Source of the DNA: Euprymna scolopes
Lineage: Eukaryota
DNA: 64,000 nt
Strand: one strand, 5' to 3'
Assembly: GCA_053919585.1 (NCBI GenBank)
Contig: CM132795.1
This document shows, piece by piece, positions 38,825 to 52,633 of the stretch. A model generated the notes under the pieces. That model saw only the letters and a program-made list of their open reading frames with translations, searched no databases and was not told the origin of the DNA. Position 1 is the stretch's first letter; each line of letters begins with the position of its first letter. Position numbers and translations under genes: made by a program.

Positions 38825-38990
38825 TAAACCACTCTTTATCTGTGCCTAAACCTAAACGTAGATTCCATGAACAGTTTCTTTCTTAGAACTGCAAGCCTGT
38901 AGAATTCAGTTTTCCTGCTTTCTGGCTGACTACAATATGGTTGCCTTAAAGTCTAACGTAAACAAGTTCTTGATGAGCCGTTCCATATGA
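38825..38990 (+). mobile_element. CR1/L2-type LINE 3' fragment
   Basis: gtgcctaaa...gattccatgaaca...ttcttagaactgca; same family as 44790-44950 and 48367-48660. Confidence 0.65.
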
Positions 38991-39533
38991 GTTAACAAAT
39001 TTACCGAATTGATAACTATATTGTCAAATTTCTACTGTACACTCTTAAACCTTATCCTCGAGTGGCCTCTTGGCCTTGATACTATCCCTGTGTAGAAAAA
39101 AAAATCGGCGAATATGTTGCTAAAGCATGTTTTTTTTTTCTGGACAGCGCTAAGAATTAGTTTGTTTTTATTGTTTCTGCACAGAAATCTCAACACATAG
39201 AAAATAAGTTTAACATGTCTATGAAAATAGGGTGCGTTGTAGTTTAAATATAAAATCGCTAGGAGATAAAATATAAAGTTCTGATACATTCTCAGAAAGT
39301 AATGTGCTACATAGTTCAATACAAATAGTGAAATCAAATGGTGGCAATTTTTAATTTACTTCAGTCCAGCACCCTTTTGCATACAATGTTCTGTTTTGAC
39401 CTGTTTCTTTCGAATGTTCCTTTTTATTACGAAACTTTTCAAATATTTCTATGGTTCAAAACTGCACGTCGAAATGACTGCGAGTTTATCTCTCGCACAG
39501 TTACAACAATGACTATATATTAGTGCTGAAATG

Positions 39534-39571
<38 letters not shown>

Positions 39572-39589
39572 GCCCTTGTATGATCTTCA

Positions 39590-39970
39590 GACATTTAGTG
39601 AGACACAATTTGGGGCTCTAAGTACATGGAATTGCCTCTTAGTAACCATTTCTCTCCGGATCACTTTGTTCCGGAGTTATAATACCTGTTAGGGAACTGG
39701 TGTAACCAGATCGAGTTGCATGGCGGTACTAGCTTCCTGGCCCCCAAAAATCAAACCTTGATAATAATTGTGTTCCTTTCTCTTAGCAACACTCGGTCGT
39801 ACTCAAAAAGTCAAAAGCGTTACGTTTCTTCCACAAAGCAATCGATTCAAATATCTTTAATAAATATTTGAAGATATAAAGAGATTAAACCATAAAAAAA
39901 TTAAATTCCTGGATTTGTTATTAAATAACCAAAAATGGTCGATATATCGTAAAACGCCCAAACCAAACGA
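39590..39970 (+). mobile_element. Decayed SINE (same family as 62452-63322)
   Basis: ccggagttataatacctgttaggg core and aataacc...gatatatcgtaaaac...aaaccaaac tail. Confidence 0.5.
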
Positions 39971-41899
39971 AACTAGTTCAAATGCTTTTTTTTTTTTTTT
40001 TTTTCGTTTAGTAAGTCTAGAAGTGTAAGCCATGTTTAGTTTCAGAACAGTTTCCGATGGTTGGTCTACACAAGTCCTGATAGGTGACTGGCTTGCAGTA
40101 GACAGTTGCACACGGCAAAAGATTCTTACCGTGTCGAGACGGAAAAAAAAGATGCGAAATTGCTACAGAAAAGGTGTAATATTTATGGAGCAATTCTGGT
40201 TTCTGATTGGTTGGTAGCAGAGCGTGAATTCGATTCGTCAGTTCCTAGCAGCATCGTTTATAAACAGAATCGCTCGACTGCGTGGTATCATACGCCATAC
40301 TCCAAAATATTGTAACAGTAAGAAGCCTGCTCGTGATTCTGTTCTCTATAACGTTATATCTATAATATGAGAAATCACATTTCTTCGATAATTAAAGTGA
40401 CAGGACAGTGTAAAATTGACTGAAGACAAAAGAATGCTTCATCAACTTTGTCGCCAATATATTATCTGGAAATGGATATTGTGATTTATCCACTCCCAGA
40501 AAAGAAAATTATGAACTGCAGAAACAGATTACATTGTTCCCGATTACGTATGAAATACACATTTCTATAAATCTGTTGAAGCCGTACTTATTTTGACTTC
40601 CGCGGAAGTGGGCACGTATCTGAGCATTACTATTTGGTCAAGTTTTGGCTTGCAGTATTAGTTTGCATATTCTACAGTGCCATCTGAGGAGATAGCGACT
40701 ATGGCAATGTGTCCTACAAATATTTTGACTAATATGGGTTGGAGGTGATGCAAATTGGAAATAATTAAATAACTTCTTCAGAAAATCAACAGGTGTCTGC
40801 TCATTTCAAGTCTATCTTGAGTTTAACTTGGAGACGTTTCATTCAGAATTTTCAGGTATTGTGCTCACGTATAGCAAAATTAGAATACACAGGAAAAAAA
40901 AACGAAAACTCGAGGTTGAAAATTCGATTCTGTATCGGCGATATTAAAAAAATTCAGATGAGTTTTATTTGAAGACCAATTTCTATATTGGGTGAGCACG
41001 TGTTCTATGTTAACAAAAAGCTCAATTACCTTTTCTTTCTAGATTACGCGGATGCTCGGTAGAATTCATTAAGAATCTGCTTACGTATATTCAAACACGC
41101 AAGGCAACCTTTGTGTAAAATAGAAACTGTTCGATTAATCGTCAACAACAACAGGTTTAGAATAGCATAACTTTCTCCATTGAATTAATACAAACCTTTC
41201 TTAAACGTTTTCATTTCAGCCAATATAAACTCCGAACGTTTTCAAGTATATTCTGTGGAACTCGCGATTCCTTCTCTTAATTAGAACACTAGTATGAATT
41301 AGCTAAATTATCAATTCTCATCTCGAAAATTTATGAATAAACTAAATTCCTTTTCTAGGAAACAAACAAAACTAATTGTGGTGAAGCCTATGAATAAATG
41401 CGGTTTGAACAAGGGTTTGTGGTATCTTGCTTTTTCGAGATATCCTATTACTGAAATCGCACGAATCTCAAAAAACTTAATAATTCTGTAAACTTTAGTA
41501 TTTGATAAATGCACTTTTAGAAAATGTCTTGAAAATAGGTTACGTGTAAACCTATATTTTCTGAACATAAAAAAATGAAGATGAAAGCTCGGGATTCGTA
41601 TGCGTAACCACAATTTAATATGACCTTCTAAAACCTTATCTTGCAGTTTATTTCTAAGGTGTAATATAAGTAAATCTAGTATAGCAGGTAATTTCATTCG
41701 CACCACTTTTTCCAAACATTTTACTCGTTGTGTTCCCCAACCCCTCAGATTACGTAGTTTTTTCCCCACGTATAAAAAAAAATCATGATTTTATATTTTT
41801 AACCACACGCTCCCTTGATTATAAATGATTGTCGCATCACATATTCCAGTGTCTAGCTTGGGACTTATGTTGCTGAATTTTGTGGCCAGAGAGGACCAT

Positions 41900-41967
41900 C
41901 CCCTTGTACATGACCAGACAGGATACGCCCCTTGTACATGACCAGACAGGATATGCCCCTTGTACAT
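41900..41967. repeat. 28-bp tandem repeat, ~2.4 copies
   Basis: Unit ccccttgtacatgaccagacaggata(c/t)g. Confidence 0.9.
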
Positions 41968-43228
41968 AGGACAGAAAGACTCGTTTTTATACTGCAGCAT
42001 TAAATTCTTGTAGTTTGGTATTGTATTCGTGTTTTTTTTTGTTTTTGTTTTTTTTAATCGACGTCAATTTTCAAATTGTACACAATTTTCTAAACCCAAC
42101 TTTAACACAATCGTTTTGCCCGTTGCTGAACACTCGCTAATCGTCCTCACAAGTACTTTCCTACTGAAATAGCTTGTAATTTATGTAAAACTTGACGACA
42201 GACTCCTTGCCGTGTTCACAGCTTCCAGACATTTGACGCATTGTTCTTAATTTGCAATTTTACTGACTGTGAGTTAATCAGACAGCGGTTAATGTGGTAG
42301 TAATTACTTTATATTAAATAACCTTTTAGGAAGTCAGATCTGCGATCAAATTAATTTTGAAAAATGCGCCCAAAATTCATGTTCCTTTGCCCTTTTCTAA
42401 ACCGGCATATTCCTCATTCAAAAACAAAAACAAATTTCCTATCTAAAAATTATCAAACCAAAATCCATGATCAAATATATAACGATTTCAATCATAAAAA
42501 CATTAAATATTATTCGATTGGGTATAAAATATCTCGAAAAGGGTTGATATACCGTATAACGAAACCAAACTACATAGTGAAATACAAGTTTTACTTAAAT
42601 ATAAATTCTTGTCCTTTAACCTACATGGAAAAAAACGCGTATCAAATATCTGTTCACCGATATGTCATTTTCCGGAAACTGTATCCGAATTTGTTTGAAT
42701 ACTCCAATGATCACTTGTCTTTTTTTCCTGGAAATGGAACTCTGAGGTATTCGCTGAACATTGGCATGTCAGTAGACTTGTTATTCACATAACACGATAT
42801 ATCTGCAAGTCGACTATGCCTTGGATATTTCTCATCTGTTTATCATCGGTTGACAATGTTAATCAAAATAGTTTAGACAGTGACTCGTGAAGAATGCATT
42901 TGACCATAGTTTTTCAGCACACAATGCCAGACATCAGCGGGAATATCCGTCCCCTCCGCAATCACACATGCACAACTACACCAGATAGCAGATACGTACT
43001 CATGCTACAATGAATTCCATTGTGGTCACATCGAAGTGTATATTCAAATACAGATACATTATGACTAAAAGGAGAAATAATGTTATAACTATAGACAGAA
43101 AAGCAATTCCTACTGCGGCCATTGGACTGAACAATATAAAGTTTATATAACTTTATGCAAGTTTGCGAATACTTTACCTCATTTATAATGTTTACGTATT
43201 AATACATCAATAATAGCACTAAGTATTT

Positions 43229-43300
43229 CGTAGCTTCGGTAATGAAATCGTTTCGTGCGTAGCTTCGGTAATGAAATCGTTTCGTGCGTAGCTTCGGTAA
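43229..43300. repeat. 29-bp perfect tandem repeat, ~2.5 copies
   Basis: Unit cgtagcttcggtaatgaaatcgtttcgtg. Confidence 0.9.
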
Positions 43301-43383
43301 CGCTTAACCCTGGTTCGGTTTATTTATTAGATAAATTGCTAAGAAATATCAATATTCATGTCAATAATTGATTTTTTTATATA

Positions 43384-43772
43384 CTACCATTTCATCCCGG
43401 CGTTGTCCGGTTGTTTTGAGGTGTATTTTTAGCAAACAAAAAAAGTGATAGTAGGAAGGCAGACTCGAAGGAGGAAAAGAACGGAAAAAACGTGAAGTCT
43501 TTGCTGTTACGACCACCGCCAAACCGGAAGTGACGTAGGTTTAAATTGAGGCTAGACAATCGAAAAGAGACTTTCGAAAATATCGGTGAAAAAAAAGCCA
43601 CCCTTCCTGTAGGAAAGTGCAGTTGAGGGTAAAGAAATTGTTTTTAACCAATTTTTCGGTATTTGTCGTCTGAAGGGTCGAGCTCCCAAACGATACTGAT
43701 CTTGGTAAAATCCGTCGCCTCTGTCGAAAGTTTTAGGTAGACATGCAGGCATATATACATACATTTATATAT
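43384..43772 (-). mobile_element. Non-autonomous Helitron family H1
   Basis: Hairpin ccggcgttgtccgg; homologous to 18713-19155. Confidence 0.8.
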
Positions 43773-43899
43773 TGGTTGCACAAATTTTCAACCCAAACCG
43801 ATTAAAAAGCTTGCCCTATTTCTGAATAAATTTTATGTAAAATTTCAAATATTTGGATCAGAAATTGTCTGAGTAATTTGGTAGAGATAACAGAGGTTA

Positions 43900-44215
43900 A
43901 TTTTTTTTTTAACTTTGATCCCTTGACATTCTGTTTGGGGTCCCAATCAAGTTAAGTTAGATACACGACCAACGAACTTATATCTTTAATTTCAACTGTT
44001 TAGACCCAAAATTAGCGGAGGGGTTTGGTAGAGTTCTCAAAGGTCAAATCGTTGATCCTTGACCCCTTAACAGCCAAGTTTCTGGCCGAAAACCGATTAC
44101 AAAATTTGCCAAAATGTCAGTACCCTGTATATAAAATTTCGAGTCTGTAGACTGAAAATTGACAGTTATTGCGTAAGGAAATGTACAGACACGTTCACAT
44201 TTATAGATATATAGA
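43900..44215 (-). mobile_element. Non-autonomous Helitron family H3, 5' part
   Basis: Closely similar to 27235-27557; ends tatagA|t. Confidence 0.8.
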
Positions 44216-44789
44216 TTATCATTTTTGCTCGCTTAATTAACCTAAGTTCGTTTTATGAATCGATTTTATAATCTATTCCAGGCAGTAAGTTAAATTTGGG
44301 ATTATTTTACTTTGACGGATGTCTTATTCTTTTAACTTTATTTTCAGCTAAGGAACGTGGTACGTTTTTATTCTGTACATCTTGGCTTATAGGATGGATT
44401 GACATATATTTGATAAAATGTATAAATAGCTGTTTATAAAATAACGTTATTTATACCTGTTTGAGTATAATTTTCTCATATTTTGTTTCTGTATGCCTAC
44501 GTCACGAGAACTTCCGAATAATCAGTAATCGATCAAATGATTCAGTTTTTAGACTGATGCACTATTCATAATCGAATATTAACTTAAATCAATATAGACC
44601 AAACTGACTACCTACAAATCCATAAATATTTGAGGAGTAGTATATTTTCTAGTGAAAAACACGTCTCTACATGTCGGTATCTTTTCTATTTTGTGTGTAC
44701 CTGTCTAATTTTCTATTTTGTTTGTACCTTAAATTAAACAATATAGTAATCGTTAGTAATAGAAATTCGGTAAATTTGTTCACTTATAT

Positions 44790-44950
44790 AGAACGGCTAA
44801 TCAAAAACTAGTTTACGTTAGACTTGAAGACAACCATATTGTAGTAAGCAGGAAAACTGAAGACAATTCCATAGGCGTGCAGTTCTAAGAAAGACGCTTT
44901 ACTCATGGAATCTACGCTTAGGTTTAGGCACAGATAAAGAGCGGGGTAAA
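44790..44950 (-). mobile_element. CR1/L2-type LINE 3' fragment
   Basis: Reverse-complement homologous to 38825-38990. Confidence 0.65.
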
Positions 44951-46119
44951 TTATTGAGTGTTTTCTGCAAGACTGGTATTTCTTGTGAAAGTTTAGCGAG
45001 GAGGACTATAGATTGGAGCTCAGCCGAGCACTTCCCATGAAAATAACGATAAAGCAGAGACGAACATGACCGGTTTAGTTATTTGGGCTGTAGGAGTTTT
45101 ACACACACACAAACACACACACACACACGCTACTACTTTCTATATATGTAGATGAGATGTTTCTCTCTAAAGCTTTTTTTCTTTACATTTTAATCTAAAA
45201 TATACAAACTTACATTTTAAAAACTCACATTTTCGACGCTTTTCAGCGGCTTATCTCTTACTGTATTTTAGTCTATTATGCTCAGCTTTCTCAAGTTATG
45301 TATATCCAGCAGCGCTTACTTATCCTGTAACTCTCCCCCATTATTTATTAACAGTCAAATAATATAAAGCAACCGGAATGAGAATGCAACATACGTATCG
45401 ACCTTTAACCCATGTAGACGTGTATATCTTCTAGATTATTTTCCACACATTCTATGTGGACCTATACTCATTTTCTACAAATGAAAGACGTTCATTATAT
45501 CATGTATGTATGTATGTATGTATGTATGTATATGTCCATTCTGAAAAGTGCATTTAACTATTTCCTACATTCCCCTCATTCCATCGAACACGAGTCTCTT
45601 TCATCTGCCATTTTTCTAGCCAAAAAATATGCAATTCGATCCGTGCTATCGTGTGTGCACGTTCTTGGCGTCTGATTAGTGGCATATCGATTGTTTTTAC
45701 TTACACTACAAACGCACCTAATCATAGTTGATCGGTCGTCATTCGATCGGAACTGCCAGCGTTTTTTTTTGTCTGTTTGTTTGTTTGTTTTTTTTACAGT
45801 CTAGACTCTTAAGATAGAAAACATGCCGAACGAAGTTTGTGCGCACTTCCGTCGTTCAGAAAAAAGAATGCTGTGACAGACTACGTAACTTTACGATCCT
45901 AGGACGGGGAAGTCGTGACGAGCGAATATTTTACACGTAATGAAGCCTGCATTATTTCTATTGAACATATCTGGATAAAATTAAACAACCCTAGGGCGTC
46001 TTCCTTTTATTTATATAAATGTTATTTATGTAGATAGTCATATTTTGCTACCGTTCTTGTCAGTATTGAATTCCTCGGACAAGAATTTAAAAAGTAAAAC
46101 AAAAAAAAATGGAAAACTT

Positions 46120-46539
46120 TAATTTTAGAGGAGGAAATATTTTGCCATGTCTAACGTGTAGTATGGTTTGAAGATCTTATGATATTAAATCGAAAGCGTG
46201 ACTTTTACTTCTTTTCCGTTTAGAAGGGGGATTTTTTTGTGGAGATGATGTATAGAAATAAGGGGAGTGAGAGGAAAGTTTAAGAAGTTCGTGTAGACGA
46301 TTACAGATAAAAAAATTCGAAGATGTACAAATTAATGAGAAGCGATATGAGGAAAGTCTGAAACAATATTACAGACAATTTACATTAGGTGAGGTGGGGT
46401 GTATTTATCAATTAGGAGCAGTTCTACGAATTTGAGTTAGGGTCAATCCATCTCTCAAACTCTGGAACTTTTATTTTAGAATCTTGCGTTTTTTTTTCAA
46501 GATTAAGTCGACCCCTTAAAAGTAAACTTATCTCTCTCG

Positions 46540-46606
<67 letters not shown>

Positions 46607-49370
46607 ACTCGGTTCTGAGGTTACTAGGGGCACAGATTAATTAATCGTGCCATATCAAGTCTTACATGATGTTTTTAGAAAGTAAAATAAGACCATCTTA
46701 GCGAAAAAGAAAATACCTCAATACACTTGATAGAGCTAATGGAATTGTTTTGTAGTTTAAATTTCATTAAGAAAACCCGAATACATTTCCCGTCATTTAG
46801 TTGTTATACTCCCTGTCTGAAGTGTCCACCGAACTAGTTTCCAGCAGACTTAATGAGCTTAAGGATTTTTTCCAAAGCAAGTTTTGCCATTTAAATGAAA
46901 AAGTGTGGGCAATCTAATTTTCCATTCTTTTATTTCTGGGTGTTTGACTGTATGATTTAGGTTGGATATATGCTAGTCTGTATTTTGTATTCATTGTATT
47001 TAAGTGCTTTATCATGGAACGGATTATGAGTATTAAAAATTGCAACACTAGAGAAATTATTTCTTATTCTTTTACTGATGGAATTTAGCATGTATGTTAT
47101 GGATTTTTGATGTTTTGAGTGAATTTACATATATGGGGTCGGCATTTTCTTTTTTGTAGGGGTGCACACGTTTTATTGAAATATAGTTACATCTAATAAA
47201 TGAACTATTTTGATATTTTATGCAACTGCCACTTTTAAACTAATTCTTCAACCATTGTTAATTATCCTTAATTTTTTTTATATTTAGGGTCATTGGAGCC
47301 TCTTATAAGTACATAGTCTCTGTACAATCCTGTATCTTTTCCAATTTTGTCCTAGGTTAAATTATACAAGATATATAATCCACAAGGTCAGCCCCGCCGA
47401 GTTTAGGGATCCAAAGAAAAAGGCCAACCCGATCTTTAAATTCATTGTCCTACATGGCTTAGTACAGTTGTTCTGCAGCTCTTTATAATTTCTTGTTCAT
47501 CATCTGATATATCTTTAGTAAGAGTTGTAAATTCCAATACTTTCTATAAAAGCTCTTTGGTAATTGAAGGCTAGTACATTTCTATGTCGAATTAGTTTGA
47601 AGCGGATTTCTATTTATATTCAATGTTCGAGAAATTATTGATCGTTTCAGTTGAATAAATCCAGAGTTTAAGTTTATAAGCAGTTTGATTTGTGCATTGA
47701 TTCTCTAAAGAATTTTACTAATTTTTCCAATTTCCTTCTGGTGAGATTTATCAAGCTAGTCGAGGGTTTATGCAGGAAATTTAGTTTATATTTTATTGGT
47801 ATATTTCTGTCCTTTTAGTGCAGCATATTTAACCCATCGTTAATATCTAGTTTATCAGTTACTGTTTTACAATCAGTTTATTTTCTGAACGATATCAGTT
47901 TTTTTGTAAGTTGGTTGGTATGTTTTGTTGAAGCAATTTTTTGCATTCAAGTTTTTACAGTTTATAGAAGTTACGGGTTCATCTGCTTTTGTACAGATGA
48001 ATTAAGATTTGATAATTTCCTTGACTGTTTTGTCCGGTTGCTTTTCGAAATGATTTTTTCTTAAACTAAAAAAACTTAACTTATCATTGTCATTGAATCA
48101 TGTTTAAAATCCCCAAGTTGTCAACAGATGGTGGTCTCTTAGCTCTTAAATCCGAAGAAGTTCTCGTTTTTAGTCGGTGATCGATTTAAATAAAAGTAAG
48201 CCTTCTACTTTATTCTCCTCAGCAATTCCTGTTTTCATTATAGGAATAATTAAGTACCAGTTTTTTGTGATGGCTATATTTTCTGATGTGTTCAAGTTCT
48301 TTCCCATATTTACCAATACTGATACGTTTGATAGCGCTCAGCTGTAAGGAGCATGTATTTTTTCCAGTTTATTTTTACACGGTGGTCACCACTTATCAAG
48401 GCCCGGAAGCCACTCGGGGATAAGGGTTATTGCAAGTACAGTACGTTAGTGTGGAGATTTGAAGTGTTTACTTAAGGAGGCGGTTAATTAGGAATTTGTA
48501 AACGTTGGACTTGAACACATCCAAGTTGTAGTCAGGTGGGAAGCAGGAAGACGGAACAGTTTCACAGGCGTGCAGTTCTAAGAAAGAAGCTTTGTTCATG
48601 GAATCCACGTTTTGATTTAGGCACATATTAAGAGTGAGGGAAATTTTCATTCAGCTAGACGGGTGTTGAAAATATTTGAAAGATTAGAATAATTGAATTC
48701 AAACAAGGTTCTTTGATAGTGCTCGAGGAGAGCACATTATTTCTATTTTAAATGTAAATATAGTTAGATCTTGCTACGATGTGCAGAACGTTTCGATCAT
48801 TGTTGATCTCATTAGGCAAAAAAAAAAAAGAATTAAAAAAAAAATTAAAACTTTCTTTTACTTTTAGAGAAGCAATTATTTTGCCATGTCTAACGTGTAG
48901 CATGGTTTAAAGACGTGAGGACAGATCGGCCCTGCTCCGAATTCGGTGAGCTGCCTCTAATTGATAAATGTACCACATCTCCATATGAACTTGAAATCAT
49001 AATTTTCATTTTTTTTTTCCGTTAAGAAAAAAGGTTACAAACATTTGTTGGCGGGGAATAATGCCTAGAGATTAAAGTGGATGTGACAATAAACGGTGTT
49101 CGAGAGGAAGGTTTTAGCAAAGGATTCGTGGAGACAGTTACAGAGAGGTAGAAATAAAAAAAAGGAACCGATACAAATTAATATGAGAAGGTCTTAAACA
49201 ATATTTGAATTAGGTACATGGTGGAGATAGGGGGTAGATTTATCGATTAGGAGCATTTCACCTAATTTGAATCAGGGGCGATCTGTCTCTCCAAACTCCT
49301 GGGAACTGAAACTTTTTGTGTAGAATCTTATAACTTCTTTAAAAGATTAAATCTACTTTTTTAGGGAACG
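46120..49370 (-). mobile_element. Highly decayed Penelope-like retroelement in partial-tandem arrangement
   Basis: Direct repeat 46120-46525 / 48860-49370; minus-strand relics AQIKLLINLNSGF, TYKRLQ-DP, VAIFNTHNPFHDKAL (DVxxLYTNIP-like), FHLNGK and RFSLICTS (thumb); degenerate hammerhead at 48782-48818. Confidence 0.55.
48367..48660 (-). mobile_element. CR1/L2-type LINE 3' end inserted in the PLE relic
   Basis: VPSSCFPPDYNLDVFKSNVYKFL C-terminus; similar to 38825 and 44790 copies. Confidence 0.75.
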
Positions 49371-49981
49371 AATTCAATTCCAATGTTTATACTTATGTGG
49401 TAATTAAATCAGTTTTCTTTTGTATGTTAAGGAGTTTATGCATTTAGGAAACTTACTAGATATTTACTTTAATTTGTTTATAAAGAGATCCGTAATCTTA
49501 AGCGTTTTCCAAAGTGTCCGAAATGCTATTTAAAATCACTTGTGATATATTTATTTACGTGAATATAATACTATCCCGTTTTTGCGTTCCTGATTTATCT
49601 TTATTTATTTTTTTTCAATAATCATGCCACCTTTCATCAACTGATTTCTTTTAAGTTTTCTTAAATACATTGTCAAGTAATAAGCGTATTTAAGCTTGAA
49701 TAATATACAGAAACGTATTGCATTTTCTTCCGCAGAATTTTTAGTATCAGATAAATTTAAATTCCTAAAACTAATATAAGTCAATGAGTAAATAACTGAA
49801 GAGGCATAATGAGGACAATAGAATAGAAATTGAGTTAATTTGAAGTTAAGTCGAGAAACTTTCTTGCAAATATCGATAGACCAGAAATAGTCGCCTCTCC
49901 TCTTATCAATATATATGTACGATATATTTTGCAATAAGGACACCACCTACGATCCCGGCGTTATAAATTGTCGAAGCACAA

Positions 49982-50053
<72 letters not shown>

Positions 50054-51004
50054 TAGTAACAATGCTGCATTTTAGGACGTAGTTAGCTCTCATAAATAGA
50101 AGATATCCAGGTGTATTATCTTCTGTAGCAGTAGAATGGCACAGCTATTTAACAGGCGATCCTGGCAATGGCTTTGATATAAATATTCTATTTCAGGTAA
50201 AACGTAAGTCAATCACAGGGGCTTTTCAATGAAGGGTTCTTACTAAAGTCAAGAGTCGTTGATTTCAATTAAAACTAAATCGGAATCGGAGCGTGGGTGA
50301 CGAAAAGATTTCGTAAAATAAATGCATTTTCGTAACTGTTCTGCGCCTGTGTTCCATTTTGTTTTTAACGACAGTGCCACAGCTGGTAGCAATTTAAATA
50401 ACACATAAGACCAAATTCCTTGTATGTCAACAAGTTTTTAAAGAATTTCGTTAATGACCGAGTGAAGACTAAAAGACACCATTGATAAACACTGGAACGC
50501 ATTGTGCGTATGTCTTGACAAATGCATTTCTTTTTCTGTATTTTTTTTTATTCAATCCTGATATCTTTTCAGAATGAGATTTTTAGAGACGGCGTTCCTG
50601 TTTAATAACTTATATTCGGCTGCTAAAAGTCTGTCACGTGTACATGGCGTCTATTTCCGAAAATAGAATAGAATGCGTCGTTTTGGATTCGTAGATGAAT
50701 TTTATTTAGAGATATGCTTATTTTTTTGCTTAGCCATGCAAAGTATGAAGACTTCGAAAGAGTGAATCCTTTTTACGCTGGCGGAATTGCACTAACGGAT
50801 AATGTGGTCATTTCCGGACAGCAAAAATGTACCTCTTAATTATTGACACTAAGTTATTTAAAAATAAAACGAAATCCAATTATTTTTCATCATACTTGGT
50901 ATAGTTGTATTAAGAGAAAGACTAACATCTTATCACCAGTACACGACAATATTTAATGCAATACAACGTTTGAACTTTTGAGATAAGGAATGATAATTCG
51001 CATT

Positions 51005-51100
51005 TGTCTCCTTCGGACTACTGTTTTCATCTTGTTATTTACAAGGTATTCGATCGATGTTAGCTCCTAGTTTCTCGGTTGTATCTTGTCGAACTCTAAG
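51005..51100 (-). mobile_element. PLE-type repeat family A, decayed copy
   Basis: cggactactgttttcatcttg...tgtatcttgtcgaactcta matches the reverse complement of ~447-535. Confidence 0.55.
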
Positions 51101-51559
51101 CACTACAGTTGTGGTTCTTCCACAAGGATCGTTGGCGGAGTTGGTAAGGTATTTGATAATTTTAAGTTCTAAATGCAAATCTTGCAATCATTAATGTGGT
51201 TGTCTCTTAAAATACAACGGCGAATTAATAAGGACGTTTACACACATGACAAACTGAACAACATCGTGGATTATATAAATATTCCCTTCGAAATTTATAG
51301 ATTAGTTCATCAAAGTAAACATTAGAAGTTCTGAGATTTTATCAACCTTAAGCTTGCGAGAATTACTCTACATATAAACAAGTACAAAAGATCCAAATAA
51401 TTCTAAGTCCGCGAAAGTCAATTCTCATGAGATGGACACATTGGTATAAATTATAATTAACGAAATCATATTCATCAGCAAAGATTTATAGATATAGGAG
51501 TGAAATATCTTATAATAGAACTGTACTCCTTTCTCCACATAAACTTTTATATTCATATA

Positions 51560-51965
51560 CTAGCCTAGTTGCCCGCATGTTTGGAGGTGAGTTGAGCCAA
51601 ACAAAAAAGTGGTAATAGGAAGGCAGGCTCGAACCCTTACGGTAAAAGAGGGAAAGAACATGAAAAATGTCACGTCTTTGCCATTTCGTTTATTGTCAAA
51701 CCAGAAGTGTCGAAGGTTTAAATTAAGGCCAGTTAATCGAAAAGGGAGGGGGTGACGTTAAAAAATATCGGCGAAAAAAGCGGTCTCTCCTGGTAGAAAA
51801 GAACTCAGTTGAGGACTAAGGAATTAATGTTTTTAGTCAATTCTCGAAATTTGTCGTTCGAAGGGTCGTGCTAAAATAACGATTTTGTGAAAATCCGCAT
51901 CGTCTGTCGAAAGTTTAGGCAGACATGCATACATGTAAACAGACAGGGGAGATTTATATCATAGA
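51560..51965 (-). mobile_element. Non-autonomous Helitron family H1
   Basis: a|CTAG end, H1 core and gagatttatatcataGA 5' end. Confidence 0.85.
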
Positions 51966-52633
51966 CTAGCGAGGGTGCCCGGGTGTTTGGAGTTGAAAAC
52001 AAACTTTTCGTAGGTAAGTAAGCTCGAACCCGAACCGTTGAGGTTAATATGTTGATGACTTACCGCCACGCTACACTGGCAGAGAACTGAAAATGTGAAA
52101 TGAAACAAATAGTAAAACAATTACTGTGACAGGTGGGTCAATTAAATGAGGTCAACCATCACGCCATAGGGAATGAAACGCACTTAACTTTGGCTGCAAG
52201 CCAGTTTCTGCGTATGTTGTTAGCTTCCCACATGATGTTTGGGAAAACCAGCTCCCCATTTAAAGGGGAGTGTAGTAATGAACATCAATTCTGATATAAC
52301 GAAATATGGCCGCATTGATCAAACTTCGTTGCTTTCTGGACGTCCGCAGTACGGAGGCTAATTTTGCTACGACTCAGTTTCGCTTATATACGACAAAGCG
52401 AAAGAAACACGCGAAGAGTAAAAAAAATATCGCTAAAATAGCGTGTTAAAGTCGCCCAAATAAGATGCACACCCCTCTCTTTCGTAATTCGTATATATCA
52501 TAATATAGGTAGCATATCAAAAGAATGAGCGATCAACGCAATAAGCAGCCGGTAAAAAAAAAACTTTGGACATACTGAAAAAATGGTCACACGCACAAAT
52601 TTTCGCTTTATATATATATATATATATATATGA
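51966..52633 (-). mobile_element. Non-autonomous Helitron fused head-to-tail with the preceding one
   Basis: CTAG at 51966 directly abuts the 5' end of the neighbour; right end (TA)n-tGA|t. Confidence 0.7.

Noticed and set aside
42640-43000. Tc1/mariner transposase relic on the minus strand (EYLRVPFPGKK)
   Set aside because: Only one weak motif; catalytic motifs cannot be recovered by eye
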